This document shows positions 37,438-47,838 of a DNA stretch of 64,000 bases, piece by piece. This stretch comes from an uncultured Candidatus Saccharibacteria bacterium (lineage in GTDB: Bacteria; Patescibacteriota; Minisyncoccia; Phycocordibacterales; Phycocordibacteraceae), in the NCBI GenBank assembly GCA_964550425.1, contig CAZJZB010000001.1, positions 3,509 to 67,508 on the forward strand, given 5' to 3'. The number at the start of each line of letters is the position of its first letter. Positions within the stretch are counted from its first letter, which is position 1. The notes below the pieces were generated by a model. It searched no databases, had not been told where the DNA came from, and saw only the letters and a list, made by a program, of their open reading frames with translations. The translations under genes and the position numbers were made by a program.

Positions 37438-40400
37438 GTGCGCTATATTCTGGTAGTGAAGCATCTCGAAGGATTGAATGAAGCACAAAAGCGCGCCGTG
37501 CTCGCAAAAGACGGTCCCATTTCGGTCCTCGCCGGTGCCGGAAGCGGGAAGACACGCGTGCTCGCAACGCGTATCTATCATCTTATCCGGGAGGGTGTCC
37601 TTGCGGACCAGATTCTTGCCGTCACTTTTACCAATAAAGCCGCCCGCGAGATGCGAAATCGGGTCCGCACCATGCTCGAACCCGATGACCATGCTGTTTC
37701 CGAGCCCTTCATAGCCACGTTCCACGGCCTTGGTCGAGAACTTCTCCAAAGCTATGGGAAAAGTATCGGCGTCCCTCGTTTCTTCAGCGTGTACGATCGT
37801 GATGATTCTGAGAAAGCAATAGCCGCAGCACTCAAAGCGCTTGACGTTTCAGCGAAGGAGCTCTCGCCGCGAGCGGTTTTGAGTCGCATCTCGCGCGCGA
37901 AAGGGGAGGGAATGAGAGCACACGAGTTTTATGAGAAACACGGTCGTGGGAGTTTTGGCGTGCGCATAGCCGCGGAAGCATGGCTTCGCTACGAGAAGAT
38001 TCTTGCTGCAGAAAAAGCGCTCGATTTCGATGATCTCATCGCGCTCCCTCTAAGAATGCTTGAAGAGCATGCCGATGTTCGCGAACTCGCGCAGAATCGT
38101 TGGCGTTATATCCATATTGATGAATATCAGGATACGAATGCGCTTCAGGGACGGCTCGCGAATATGCTCGCGGCGAAACACCGGAATCTTTTTGTCGTCG
38201 GTGATATTGATCAGTGCCTTATTGCCGGGACTAAAATCGCTCTGCCTGACGGATTGAAGCGACCGATAGAAACAATTAAGAAAGGCGATTTTGTTCTTTC
38301 GAACTACGGAAGCGGAGATATGCGCCCGGCACGCGTAACACGCGTTTTTTCAAAAAAAGTATCCGGCAAGCTCACACGCATAACAACCCAGAATGGCCGA
38401 GTGCTCACGAGCACGGCAGAACATCTGCATTTCGCCGGATATCGTCCCGGTCTTACTCCCCAAATGTTTTTTACCTATCTCATGTACAAACAAGGGAAGG
38501 GGTGGAGGATCGGAGTGTCGCAGACGTATACAAAAGGGCAATACAGGCCAACGATTGGATTTCAGCAACGATGTAACCAAGAGCATGGAGATGCTGTCTG
38601 GATAATTGGAACTCACGACAACTCTCAGGAAGCGCGCGTTCTTGAGTACACGCTCTCGCTTCGTTATTCTATTCCGACTTTGCCGTTTCTTGCCCGGAAA
38701 GGAAGCGTAGGCGGATACGTGCACGATCAAAAAGTTCTGGATGACATATTTACATCGTTTGATACTGAACGTAGCGCAAAAAAGTTGCTAAAGGATAGCG
38801 GTCTTTTGAAAGAATATCCGCACCATCGTGCCCAGGCGACTCGGAGCAATCGTCGTAATATCGTTGTTGCGTTTTGCGGAGAACGTCGCGGCAAGACACC
38901 CATGCATCGAATTTCAATTGTTGGAAGCGATGACGAAGGAAAGCGGTTACTGCAGAATACAGGATTTTCAGTTCGTAGAGCTAAACTTGGTTCGAAAAGC
39001 TGGCGATTTGAAACGGCCTATAAAAACTACGGAGCTCTTTTGAACGTCATTCATCATCTGCAGAGTATTTTTCCAACAGCTTATCTCGTGCGAACGGCTC
39101 GTTTGGGTGGCAAGAAAGCACGACCCAAAGATGGGAATTCACTCCCATTCCTTCCAGCGGCAAGCGTGCGTCCCGGCATGGTGCTTTTCGATGAAGGTAG
39201 TGAGTATGATGTGGTACAGGCAGTTACTCAAATATCAGCGAAATATGTTCGTGTCTACGATCTTGATATTGAACACACTCACAACTTTATTGCGAACGGC
39301 ATTGTGACGCACAATTGTATCTATACGTGGCGGGGGGCTTCTGTGGAAAATTTGCTCGAATTCGACAAAGAATACCCCGAGGCGCAGACGATCATTCTCG
39401 AACGCAATTATCGTTCCACGAAGAATCTCGTTGACGCCGCGAATGCGGTCATAGAAAAGAATAAAAATCGCAAGGAAAAATATTCGACAACTGAACGCAG
39501 CGCGGGCGAACCCATCATTGTTCATATGGCGCGCTCCGCCGAGGATGAGGCGAGTTGGATAGCCGTGAAAATACGGGAGCTGATGGCTCGCGGTATTCCT
39601 CCCGAAGATATAGCGATACTTTTCCGTACGAATTTCCAATCACGGGCGCTTGAGGAAGGGCTGCTGCGCGCCGGTGTGCCCTATAAACTCTTAGGTACGC
39701 ACTTTTTCGCGCGCAGGGAAGTGAAAGATGTTCTCGCATGGATACGCCTTTCTATAGACCCTTCGCGCGAGGTTGATAAGATGCGCGCTGCCGCGAGCCC
39801 GCCGCGCGGCATCGGCAAAGTAACGCTTGGGAAGCTCGCGGCGGGACAGCGTTCCACGCTTCGTGCGGGCGAACAGGCAAAAGTCGAGCAGTTTGAGCGC
39901 GTCATCGGCGAGCTTGCGCGCGCAGCACTCTCGCTTACTCCTTCCGAATTCGTAAAACTCGTCATTGAGAAGAGCGGCATGCGCCGCGCGCTTGTGGATG
40001 AAGGAAGCGCCGAAGACCGCGAACGCTTTGAAAACGTAGAAGAGCTTGCTTCGGTTGCGGCGCGCCATGATTCCGTACCCGGCATGGAAGGCATCGCTGC
40101 GTTCCTTGCCGAAGCCGCGCTTGCAAGCGATCAGGATGAGTTGGATCATCCCTCGAGGCACTCGGGACAGGGGGGTGAGAAGGTGGGTGTTACACTCATG
40201 ACCGTCCATGCTGCGAAGGGTCTTGAGTTCGGCACTGTCTTTGTAAGCGGTATGGAGGAGGGACTATTCCCGCATCAGGGCATGGGCGGGAATCCGCCAG
40301 CTGGCGGAGATCGCGATGAAGAAGAGGAGCGGCGGCTCTTCTATGTCGCGATGACCCGCGCAAAAGAACGTCTTTTTCTCACGCTCGCTCGCGTACGCAA

Positions 40401-40509
40401 GATCTACGGAACCGATTACGCCGCCGAACCCTCATCATTTCTTGCCGATATCGATTCCTCACTCATGCTCTATGATGAAAGCCATGGAGAAACGATTATC
40501 GAGGCGTAG
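37438..40509 (+). CDS. uvrD: UvrD/PcrA-type ATP-dependent DNA helicase, interrupted in frame by an intein
   Basis: Walker A AGAGSGKTRVL. Motif III is split: VVGDIDQ | intein | CIYTWRGA. C-terminal UvrD domains are present. Confidence 0.9.
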   Translation: MRYILVVKHLEGLNEAQKRAVLAKDGPISVLAGAGSGKTRVLATRIYHLIREGVLADQILAVTFTNKAAREMRNRVRTMLEPDDHAVSEPFIATFHGLGRELLQSYGKSIGVPRFFSVYDRDDSEKAIAAALKALDVSAKELSPRAVLSRISRAKGEGMRAHEFYEKHGRGSFGVRIAAEAWLRYEKILAAEKALDFDDLIALPLRMLEEHADVRELAQNRWRYIHIDEYQDTNALQGRLANMLAAKHRNLFVVGDIDQCLIAGTKIALPDGLKRPIETIKKGDFVLSNYGSGDMRPARVTRVFSKKVSGKLTRITTQNGRVLTSTAEHLHFAGYRPGLTPQMFFTYLMYKQGKGWRIGVSQTYTKGQYRPTIGFQQRCNQEHGDAVWIIGTHDNSQEARVLEYTLSLRYSIPTLPFLARKGSVGGYVHDQKVLDDIFTSFDTERSAKKLLKDSGLLKEYPHHRAQATRSNRRNIVVAFCGERRGKTPMHRISIVGSDDEGKRLLQNTGFSVRRAKLGSKSWRFETAYKNYGALLNVIHHLQSIFPTAYLVRTARLGGKKARPKDGNSLPFLPAASVRPGMVLFDEGSEYDVVQAVTQISAKYVRVYDLDIEHTHNFIANGIVTHNCIYTWRGASVENLLEFDKEYPEAQTIILERNYRSTKNLVDAANAVIEKNKNRKEKYSTTERSAGEPIIVHMARSAEDEASWIAVKIRELMARGIPPEDIAILFRTNFQSRALEEGLLRAGVPYKLLGTHFFARREVKDVLAWIRLSIDPSREVDKMRAAASPPRGIGKVTLGKLAAGQRSTLRAGEQAKVEQFERVIGELARAALSLTPSEFVKLVIEKSGMRRALVDEGSAEDRERFENVEELASVAARHDSVPGMEGIAAFLAEAALASDQDELDHPSRHSGQGGEKVGVTLMTVHAAKGLEFGTVFVSGMEEGLFPHQGMGGNPPAGGDRDEEEERRLFYVAMTRAKERLFLTLARVRKIYGTDYAAEPSSFLADIDSSLMLYDESHGETIIEA
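38215..39315 (+). other. intein (Hint domain, 367 aa) inserted in helicase motif III
   Basis: Starts with Cys (CLIAGTKIAL), block B TSTAEHLHF, C-terminal block VYDLDIEHTHNFIANGIVTHN followed by a +1 Cys. The central ~200 aa is a possible degenerate endonuclease region. Confidence 0.8.
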
Positions 40510-40513
40510 ATAA

Positions 40514-42820
40514 ATGAGCTATACTCATTATATGAAAAAGGTTTTGGTTTCCATATCGATAATCGCAATAGTTGTTATTGGTGTAGTGCTCACGTCTTTA
40601 TTTTTTACTAAACCGGAAAGTATTACAACAAAAGATATTTCGTTGCCGCAAAAGACAAATAATACTTCTTGCGCTGTGATTTCATCTGCAAACAAGGTCT
40701 ATTGTTTTGGTGGACGCGATGGCAATATCGACTATGATTCCATTATCGAATACGACTTAACGAAAAAGGTTTTAGAAACAAAATCTACTAAATTACCAGC
40801 GCCAACTTTTGGTCATTCATGTGTGGAAGATTCTGGCTCAAATAAGATTTACTGTTTTGGTGGATACAGTCCATCATTCTCTTCCGCAATATTTGAATAC
40901 AACCCTCAAGATGGTGATCTAAGAACAAAGTCGGCGTATTTACCAAAAGGAACTGGCGGAATCTCCTGCGCAGAATTTCCTGAAAATCACAAAATTTATT
41001 GCTTCGGTGGATTCACAGGAGAAAGTATACCCGGACCATTAACCGAAGGTTCTTATGGAGAAGGAATCTATCGGAACGCGTTTGTGATGTCTAGTCAGAT
41101 TACGGAATACGACCCGAGTACAGACGCTATTGCAGTAAAGAAATCTGTTTTCCCTGATGGCAGAGATGACACTTCTTGTGTTTATAGTGTGAAAACTCAA
41201 AAAATTTATTGTTTTGGTGGAGGCAATGCGGACAGTGCCTTTGATCAAATTCTTGAATATGATCCATCCGTTGATAAATTGGCTATCAAGGAAGCAAAGT
41301 TACCAGCAAAAATGGAAATCCTATCGTGTGCCGAGAATTCCAATAACAAAATTTATTGCTTCGGCGGCAAAACCATCAGAGCTGATCAAAGCAGTATTCT
41401 GTATAATAAAATTTCAGAATATGATCCTGTTGCAGACCGGTTAGTTACAAGACCAATAACGTTGCCAGTCGCAATTGGCGGTCTTCAATGCGTTAAAGAT
41501 TCATCAACTCCTAACAATATACTTTGTTTTGGCGGTTGGGCAGAGAAATCATCGGATTTAATTTTCGAATATTACCGAGGAAATAAGATTTATCAGATAA
41601 TAGAATTTATTAAGAAATTTAAGCCCGTCCTACCTACTTGGCTAGAAAAAGCTTTTCAATTTGGCAGTGGTTCCTCAGATACCGTATATGACATGTATTG
41701 CGTTTCCCCGATAAAAATTCCTTTAGAGCAATCCGTTAATGCAGTTTCTGAAAGTGCTTCCCAATTATTTATTGACAAATTATATGAGAGTAGTTTGGAG
41801 GATTTAACATCTAATCTTAAAAATAAAATATATATTAATTCAGAAATACCAACCGCTCTTGCTCACATGGGAGTCAAATTGATACAAGCCGATCAATTTG
41901 ATGACGCCCTTGCTTTTCTTCAATGCGATGCTGAAAAATATTATCACTCGAGATCAATGTACATGCTTGCTCAGGTATATAAACATGGGAGCGCCGATTA
42001 TTTTCCTGGCTCGGTTATGAAAACAAAAATCGAACCAGATTTGAAGCAATCATATTTTTGGATTGCGGCCTTAATGCATATAGAATCTATAGAGAACAAT
42101 GGTCTTTTGGATATGTCGGATTCCGGCTGGAGTATTATTGGACTACTCGATTCTTTGCAGAATGATTCGTCTTTGAGTGACAATGCTCTTTTAACCAAAG
42201 AGCAGGAAGCCATCTCATTTGTGGGGAAAAGATACCCGGAAGTTCTTAATGGAGAAGCGTCTGTTTATGCCCACTCAATGCGCGCAATGATTCCTGCATT
42301 GGAAAATCCAGGAACCATTAAAAAAGAATCTAACAAACCTCCTACAGAACCAATTACTCCCAATATTGTCGTCGGTGCATATGTTAATAAAACGCACGGA
42401 TTAAGTATGCGTGTACCCACAGGATGGGCTTTTGATGAGAGCAACGCATACACGGTGTCTGGTGGACTTGTAGGAAGTATTGGAACTTTCTACGACCCAA
42501 AAATTGGTAGGGGTAGTGATAATGCATCTGCTCCGGATATATGGATACACTTTGGTTCTGCTAACGGGGCAGATTTGGATACCATTACGACGGATTTCCC
42601 AATAGAGAGTAAAAAAGTAATGATCTTAAAAAACGGTCTGCAGGCAGAAATTATCGTTTGGACATATACCGACCAAAAAAGGGGGCCTCGAAAACTTTTA
42701 AAACTAAACGTTATAAAAAACGATATCCTCTATTCTGTTGTGGGAGAATCGCTTGAATCAGACTGGGTGAAATATGGGAAATTAATTGAATCATCTGTAT
42801 TAACGTTCGATTTCATTTAA
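40514..42820 (+). CDS. membrane-anchored Kelch-type beta-propeller repeat protein with a C-terminal helical domain; AT-rich gene
   Basis: Six repeats of N/HK(I/V)YCFGG spaced ~50 aa apart; N-terminal TM helix. Confidence 0.6.
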   Translation: MSYTHYMKKVLVSISIIAIVVIGVVLTSLFFTKPESITTKDISLPQKTNNTSCAVISSANKVYCFGGRDGNIDYDSIIEYDLTKKVLETKSTKLPAPTFGHSCVEDSGSNKIYCFGGYSPSFSSAIFEYNPQDGDLRTKSAYLPKGTGGISCAEFPENHKIYCFGGFTGESIPGPLTEGSYGEGIYRNAFVMSSQITEYDPSTDAIAVKKSVFPDGRDDTSCVYSVKTQKIYCFGGGNADSAFDQILEYDPSVDKLAIKEAKLPAKMEILSCAENSNNKIYCFGGKTIRADQSSILYNKISEYDPVADRLVTRPITLPVAIGGLQCVKDSSTPNNILCFGGWAEKSSDLIFEYYRGNKIYQIIEFIKKFKPVLPTWLEKAFQFGSGSSDTVYDMYCVSPIKIPLEQSVNAVSESASQLFIDKLYESSLEDLTSNLKNKIYINSEIPTALAHMGVKLIQADQFDDALAFLQCDAEKYYHSRSMYMLAQVYKHGSADYFPGSVMKTKIEPDLKQSYFWIAALMHIESIENNGLLDMSDSGWSIIGLLDSLQNDSSLSDNALLTKEQEAISFVGKRYPEVLNGEASVYAHSMRAMIPALENPGTIKKESNKPPTEPITPNIVVGAYVNKTHGLSMRVPTGWAFDESNAYTVSGGLVGSIGTFYDPKIGRGSDNASAPDIWIHFGSANGADLDTITTDFPIESKKVMILKNGLQAEIIVWTYTDQKRGPRKLLKLNVIKNDILYSVVGESLESDWVKYGKLIESSVLTFDFI

Positions 42821-42892
42821 TACAGAGCCAAGATACTTTGTCCCCAACATGATGATTATCTTAACTTGCGCATCGTGTGATACACTCATCTC

Positions 42893-43237
42893 ATGGATGC
42901 CATTCTCTTTATCGTAGGTATAGTAATGCTGATAAAAGGTAATATACAAGCTACCTCACACAGTGAGATTTCTAAGACAGCCGGAAGAGTGCTCGGTATT
43001 TTGTTACTATTGCCGGGTCTCAATGCTTTTCTGTACGGATTTCTCTCAAAACAACAAGGAGTCACTTTTTGGAATACATTAAATCAACCGTGGGTAGAAT
43101 CAGAAATCTTTCCGCTAGGGGTAGATCTTCAATCGGCTTTACTGGTTTTAGCGTTTGTAGCGATTTTGATCACAATTTTATTTTTTCGTAAACCAATCGG
43201 CATAGTTCCATCGCCGACACCTTCGACTCTTCTTTAA
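42893..43237 (+). CDS. small hypothetical membrane protein (AT-rich)
   Basis: Three hydrophobic helices. Confidence 0.4.
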   Translation: MDAILFIVGIVMLIKGNIQATSHSEISKTAGRVLGILLLLPGLNAFLYGFLSKQQGVTFWNTLNQPWVESEIFPLGVDLQSALLVLAFVAILITILFFRKPIGIVPSPTPSTLL

Positions 43238-43294
43238 AAACATTTGAATTTAATTAAATTGCATCCAGAATCACAGGTGATACACTTTTGATAT

Positions 43295-43537
43295 ATGGCT
43301 ACAACCAAAGAACGGATTCTGGTAACGCTGACGTCTGAAATGGCGAGGGCCGTGCGTGGTTACGCAAAACGAGACCGTGTATCGCAGGCATCTGTCTTTA
43401 CGCGCGCTATGCGTGCACTGATTGAAGATGAAGAGGACAAATATTTATCGGCAATAGGAGACAAAATTGCCGAGAATCCCGGGAAATTTATTTCTTCACG
43501 TGAATTCTGGAAACGGGTAAACAAGCGTCGCGCATGA
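43295..43537 (+). CDS. ribbon-helix-helix (CopG/ParD-like) antitoxin
   Basis: ERILVTLTSEMARAVRGYAKRDRVSQASVFTRAMRALIE. Confidence 0.6.
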   Translation: MATTKERILVTLTSEMARAVRGYAKRDRVSQASVFTRAMRALIEDEEDKYLSAIGDKIAENPGKFISSREFWKRVNKRRA

Positions 43538-43800
43538 GTCGTTATTCCATTAGTTTTACTAAACGAGCTGAAGATGATGCCGTTCGTCTCGATGCTTTTA
43601 TATTGGAACGCGCCAAATTGGCGATAGGAACAAAACTTGTGGTTGACCCATTCCGTTTCGGTAAATCGCTTGGATATTCTTTGCGCCATGTACGAGCGCT
43701 TCGAGTCGGCGACTGGCGTGTACTGTATCAAATTTCTGGCGCTGCAGTCATAATCCTCACAATTCGACATCGCAAGCAGGGTTATAGTGACCTCGCATAA
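43534..43800 (+). CDS. type II toxin RelE/ParE family
   Basis: LRVGDWRVLYQISGAAVIILTIRHRKQGY; 4-nt overlap with the antitoxin. Confidence 0.7.
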   Translation: MSRYSISFTKRAEDDAVRLDAFILERAKLAIGTKLVVDPFRFGKSLGYSLRHVRALRVGDWRVLYQISGAAVIILTIRHRKQGYSDLA

Positions 43801-44600
43801 TGCGCGCTAAAAAGAGTTTGGGCCAACACTTCCTGATGCACGCGCGCATCGCGGAGAGGATCGCGATGGTCGCGAATCTCGCGCACGATGACACCGTACT
43901 GGAAATAGGTCCGGGGACAGGGATGCTCACCCGCGCGCTGTTGCAGCGCGCGGGGAAGGTGGTGGCGATTGAAGCGGATTACGAACTTTTTTTGAAGTTG
44001 CACATTGAGTTTGCAAGTGAGATCGCGGATGGTCGCCTCAAACTCATACACGGCGACATCCGCAAATATCCACTAAATACTGCTATAGCAGAAAATAGTG
44101 GATACCATGTAGTGGCGAACATCCCCTACTATCTCACTGGCGAAATATTTCGAATGTTTCTTGAATCATCGAATCAACCAAGTGCGATAACGCTTCTTGT
44201 GCAGAAGGAAGTTGCCGAGCGTATCGCTCGCACAAAAAAGCCCCTCGACTTCGCTCGGGGTAAAGAAAGCATCCTCTCGCTCTCGGTGAAGGCGTACGGA
44301 ACAGCGAAGTATGAATTTACTGTACCGCGTGGGGCCTTTAAGCCCGCACCGAACGTTGACTCTGCAGTACTCACCATTCGTGATATTTCACGGAAAAACT
44401 TTTCAACGCTTGAGGAAGAACGGCGGTTCTTCGCTCTTATTCATGCGGGGTTCGCGCATAAGCGCAAATTCGTGCGGAATAATCTCGTTGATGCTGGTCT
44501 CCCTACCGGGGACATTCCCCTGAAAGCCCGCGCCGAAGACCTGTCGCTCTCTGTATGGATTTCCCTGAGCAAAATCGAAGGGCTTGGTATAAGTAGATAA
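43800..44600 (+). CDS. rsmA: 16S rRNA (adenine1518/1519-N6)-dimethyltransferase
   Basis: SLGQHFL, EIGPGTGMLT, NIPYY motifs. Contains a copy of the nested-palindrome repeat in frame. Confidence 0.85.
   Translation: MRAKKSLGQHFLMHARIAERIAMVANLAHDDTVLEIGPGTGMLTRALLQRAGKVVAIEADYELFLKLHIEFASEIADGRLKLIHGDIRKYPLNTAIAENSGYHVVANIPYYLTGEIFRMFLESSNQPSAITLLVQKEVAERIARTKKPLDFARGKESILSLSVKAYGTAKYEFTVPRGAFKPAPNVDSAVLTIRDISRKNFSTLEEERRFFALIHAGFAHKRKFVRNNLVDAGLPTGDIPLKARAEDLSLSVWISLSKIEGLGISR
44065..44108. repeat. nested-palindrome dispersed repeat, copy 2 (inside the rsmA coding sequence)
   Basis: AATATCCACTAAATACTGCTATAGCAGAAAATAGTGGATACC. Confidence 0.7.
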
Positions 44601-44696
44601 TCCCGGCCTTCCGAGGTGTTCCTTTCTAACACACCTTATATACAGATACAACCACTCCTCTTTCCGGCCTTGACTGCTATACTTTAGAGCGAAGCT

Positions 44697-45713
44697 ATGA
44701 GGGAAAATATTCTAGAACATTGGCGTATTCTTACCGCAACACTCTTCTCGGTAGTGCTTATTGGCGGCGTGTATGTGCTTGGGCGCGGTATTGAATCGCC
44801 TTCACGCGCGCAGGCCTCCGCCGAGACAGCGCTTTTGCAGGCGATCGCGACAAAGGACGCTGACGGCGACGGCCTCCCTGATTGGGAAGAGGTTCTCTAC
44901 GGTACCTCTCCGAGCACTACCGATACGTTTCATCTCGGCATGACCGATGGGGAGGCGGTCGCTCGAGGTCTTATTGTGCCGAAGGCGATTGCCGATATTC
45001 CCGTCGCCGGTTCGGAGACATCGCCCTCGGGAGCACCCTCGGAGGGAACTATTACCGCCGCTTTCGCAAAAACATTTTTCACGCTCTATCTCGCCGCGAA
45101 GCAGGCGAGCGGCGGAGCGGATCTTTCCGAAAGCGACATGAGCAATGTCGCCAATCAAGCGTTGCAGTCGCTTTCAACATCTCTCGCCGCCGCGCCTGAT
45201 TTTAAATCCGCAAAAGACCTCACTGTGCAGGGTGCGGGCGCAGAGGCGCTTAAAGAATTTGCTGTGCGGGCCGAAGCGGTGCTCTTGAGGAAATCGAGCA
45301 ATGCGACGAAGAGTGAAATTCTATATCTGCAAGACGCGGTTGAGAAGAACGATACCGAGGCACTTTTATACATATCCTCCATAGCGAAGGCGTATCGGGA
45401 ATCCGCCGTTGGGCTTGCGGTACTCCCCGTGCCTGCGGAGCTCGTGGGAGACGACCTCGCGCTCGTAAATGCGCTCATGCGTATAAGCCAGATAGCCGAC
45501 GACTTCACTAAAGTGAATGATGACCCATTGGCGACCATACTTGCATTGCAGCAATATCCGCAAGCAGTGCTCGCTCTCGGCAACGCGTTCATACACGTCG
45601 GTACGATATATAAAACAGCCAATATTTCCCTCCCTGCGGGCGCGCCCGGCGCTACCTTCGTGAATCTCATGCAGAATATCGCCGCAAGCCAGCAAGCCGC
45701 CAAGAAGCCATGA
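44697..45713 (+). CDS. membrane-anchored hypothetical protein with a DxDxDGxxDxxE calcium-binding-like motif
   Basis: N-terminal TM helix; DADGDGLPDWEE; first gene of a three-gene overlapping set. Confidence 0.5.
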   Translation: MRENILEHWRILTATLFSVVLIGGVYVLGRGIESPSRAQASAETALLQAIATKDADGDGLPDWEEVLYGTSPSTTDTFHLGMTDGEAVARGLIVPKAIADIPVAGSETSPSGAPSEGTITAAFAKTFFTLYLAAKQASGGADLSESDMSNVANQALQSLSTSLAAAPDFKSAKDLTVQGAGAEALKEFAVRAEAVLLRKSSNATKSEILYLQDAVEKNDTEALLYISSIAKAYRESAVGLAVLPVPAELVGDDLALVNALMRISQIADDFTKVNDDPLATILALQQYPQAVLALGNAFIHVGTIYKTANISLPAGAPGATFVNLMQNIAASQQAAKKP

Positions 45714-47836
45714 AGCCATCTTTTTTTTATAAAACGCTTGCCATACTCCTTGCTGTCGTACTCATTACGCCTTCTGCGTTTTTCATCGCTCCTCAGAAAG
45801 TGCACGCACAACTTCAGGGACCCACCTTCGAGGGTCCTACACTGGACGTCGCCTCTGGTGCTGGTGTTTTGCAGGGACCAACCCAGAGTGGAGCTACCTT
45901 AGATGTTGCACCCGCTGGCTGCTTATCAACTATTGCGGCGGCAACTGCCGCTGTAGCAACGGAGTTCGGTCTTTCTACCGGAGTTAAACCCCATGGTGCT
46001 AGTCCAGGCAACCTTTTACTTGGAGCTGGTCAATGCGTCACGAGTGCCATCTCTCTCATCCAGGAGAGCATCACCGCCGCCTCGCAAGTTACGGGTACCG
46101 CCGCGCTTGTCGCCATGCAGATCGACGCGTATGTCCTCCAACCGCTCGCTTTTGTCCTATCGGGGAAACTGCTGAAGGCGATAACCGAGGGTGTCATAGC
46201 GTTTGTCATCGGCAAGGCCAACGGCACTGGCATTCCGCAGTTCGTGGCGGACATACAAGTATCTCTGCAGACGGTGTCAGACGTACACACGCTTGCATAT
46301 CTCGACCAGTACATGCGGAGTTCACAATCGCCTTATTCCGGTTCAATCGTATCTGCGCTTCGCAAAGAATATTTTAATAAAACATCCCTCGCCGGATTCT
46401 GGGCTAGAAATATGGATACATTGCGCGCGACATCGCCCAATCCCTACGGCTACCTCAACGGCAACTGGGCGCTCGGCGGCGTGGAAGCGTGGTTCGCGCT
46501 CACGACTCAAATTCAAAACAATCCCTACGCGCTGTATCCAAGTGTTCGCGACCAGCTCGCGAGCGTTATCGGGCCGGGTGTCGGCGGCGCCACCGGCGCG
46601 CGTCTTGCTGATCTAGCTCATGGCGGCGGCTTCGTGTCGTGGTGCGGCGAGAGCGACGGCATGCTCGGCGCAATCTCGACGACTGACACTGCCGGCGTGA
46701 ACGCAGCCGCCGTCGACGAATCCGCTAACGCCGCCTATGACGCCGCCTACGCCGCCGCAAAAAGTTCCGGCAAATCTGAACGCGAGGCCGAGGCCGCCGC
46801 CGGTGCCGCTCAGAAAGCTGAAAAAGCCGCCGCTCTTGCTCGCGCAAAAGCGGCGAATACCAGCAATAAATTGATTGGTACAGGTATCGCTCCCGGGGAC
46901 CCATGCACCAATGCAGACGGCACAACGGGTACCATTAAGACACCTGCCTCGGTTATCACAGCATCTCTCAATAAAGTGCTTGGCGGCCAGCAGGACTCGA
47001 TTGTCCGGATGGGTAACGTAGGCCCTGAAATCAATAATATCTTAGGCAATATCGCGACTGTCTTGAAGACCGTGGACTTCGCGGTAAAAATCTTAGGCGG
47101 CCCCGGTTCCGGCGGCCTTTTCGGAGTCAATAAACCATCTGGCTCAAATGCAACTTCGCAACTTCGGCAATATACGAATTCGCCGGGCAATCTGGGCGTT
47201 ACCAATTCCAATGTGTTCGCAACTGCCGCAACGCTTACAACATCCGGCTCCGATATGTTGGATCGTGCGGCGCAGTATGAGTCGGCCGTGAATACTATTC
47301 GGAGTGCGGCAAATACCGCGTCAACGAACATTACGTCCCTCGTTGACTTCTGTATCGCCCAACAAGCAGTTGCATCAAGCACTTTAGCAAGTACCGGCAA
47401 TGCGACAGACCTGACAAATCTTGCTAACTTTACAAATACCAGCACGGCTCAAATAAGCGTCGCGCAGACCGCGCTCGCGACAGAAATCGCGCCGATACTC
47501 GCTCAAACGGCTGCCGCTTCTACAACCATCGCGGCGGCGCGCGCGATGGTGCAGAAGGTACAGAATGCGAACGCTACAGGAGCCGGCAACACCGCCGATA
47601 TACTGACGCTCCAAAATATGCCGCCAACGCCCGCCGACCTGGCAAATGCGCAACAGGCAACTCTAAAAACCGGCGCGCAAATGGCGACAGCGAGCCCCAC
47701 CGGCTCACTCACTGTTTCCGGCCCCATTCTCATTGACCGGCTGGAGCTCATCGGTATAAATGCGACGGCACTTAAGGGCTCTGCTTGCACCGCGCCGACA
47801 CCAACGCCTCTGGTCCCGCTTACGCCTCCCATTTAA
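45710..47836 (+). CDS. large secreted Ala/Thr/Gly-rich protein (708 aa), hypothetical
   Basis: Signal peptide, duplicated GPTxxGxTLDVA segment; 4-nt overlap with the previous gene. Confidence 0.5.
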   Translation: MKPSFFYKTLAILLAVVLITPSAFFIAPQKVHAQLQGPTFEGPTLDVASGAGVLQGPTQSGATLDVAPAGCLSTIAAATAAVATEFGLSTGVKPHGASPGNLLLGAGQCVTSAISLIQESITAASQVTGTAALVAMQIDAYVLQPLAFVLSGKLLKAITEGVIAFVIGKANGTGIPQFVADIQVSLQTVSDVHTLAYLDQYMRSSQSPYSGSIVSALRKEYFNKTSLAGFWARNMDTLRATSPNPYGYLNGNWALGGVEAWFALTTQIQNNPYALYPSVRDQLASVIGPGVGGATGARLADLAHGGGFVSWCGESDGMLGAISTTDTAGVNAAAVDESANAAYDAAYAAAKSSGKSEREAEAAAGAAQKAEKAAALARAKAANTSNKLIGTGIAPGDPCTNADGTTGTIKTPASVITASLNKVLGGQQDSIVRMGNVGPEINNILGNIATVLKTVDFAVKILGGPGSGGLFGVNKPSGSNATSQLRQYTNSPGNLGVTNSNVFATAATLTTSGSDMLDRAAQYESAVNTIRSAANTASTNITSLVDFCIAQQAVASSTLASTGNATDLTNLANFTNTSTAQISVAQTALATEIAPILAQTAAASTTIAAARAMVQKVQNANATGAGNTADILTLQNMPPTPADLANAQQATLKTGAQMATASPTGSLTVSGPILIDRLELIGINATALKGSACTAPTPTPLVPLTPPI

Positions 47837-47838
47837 CT

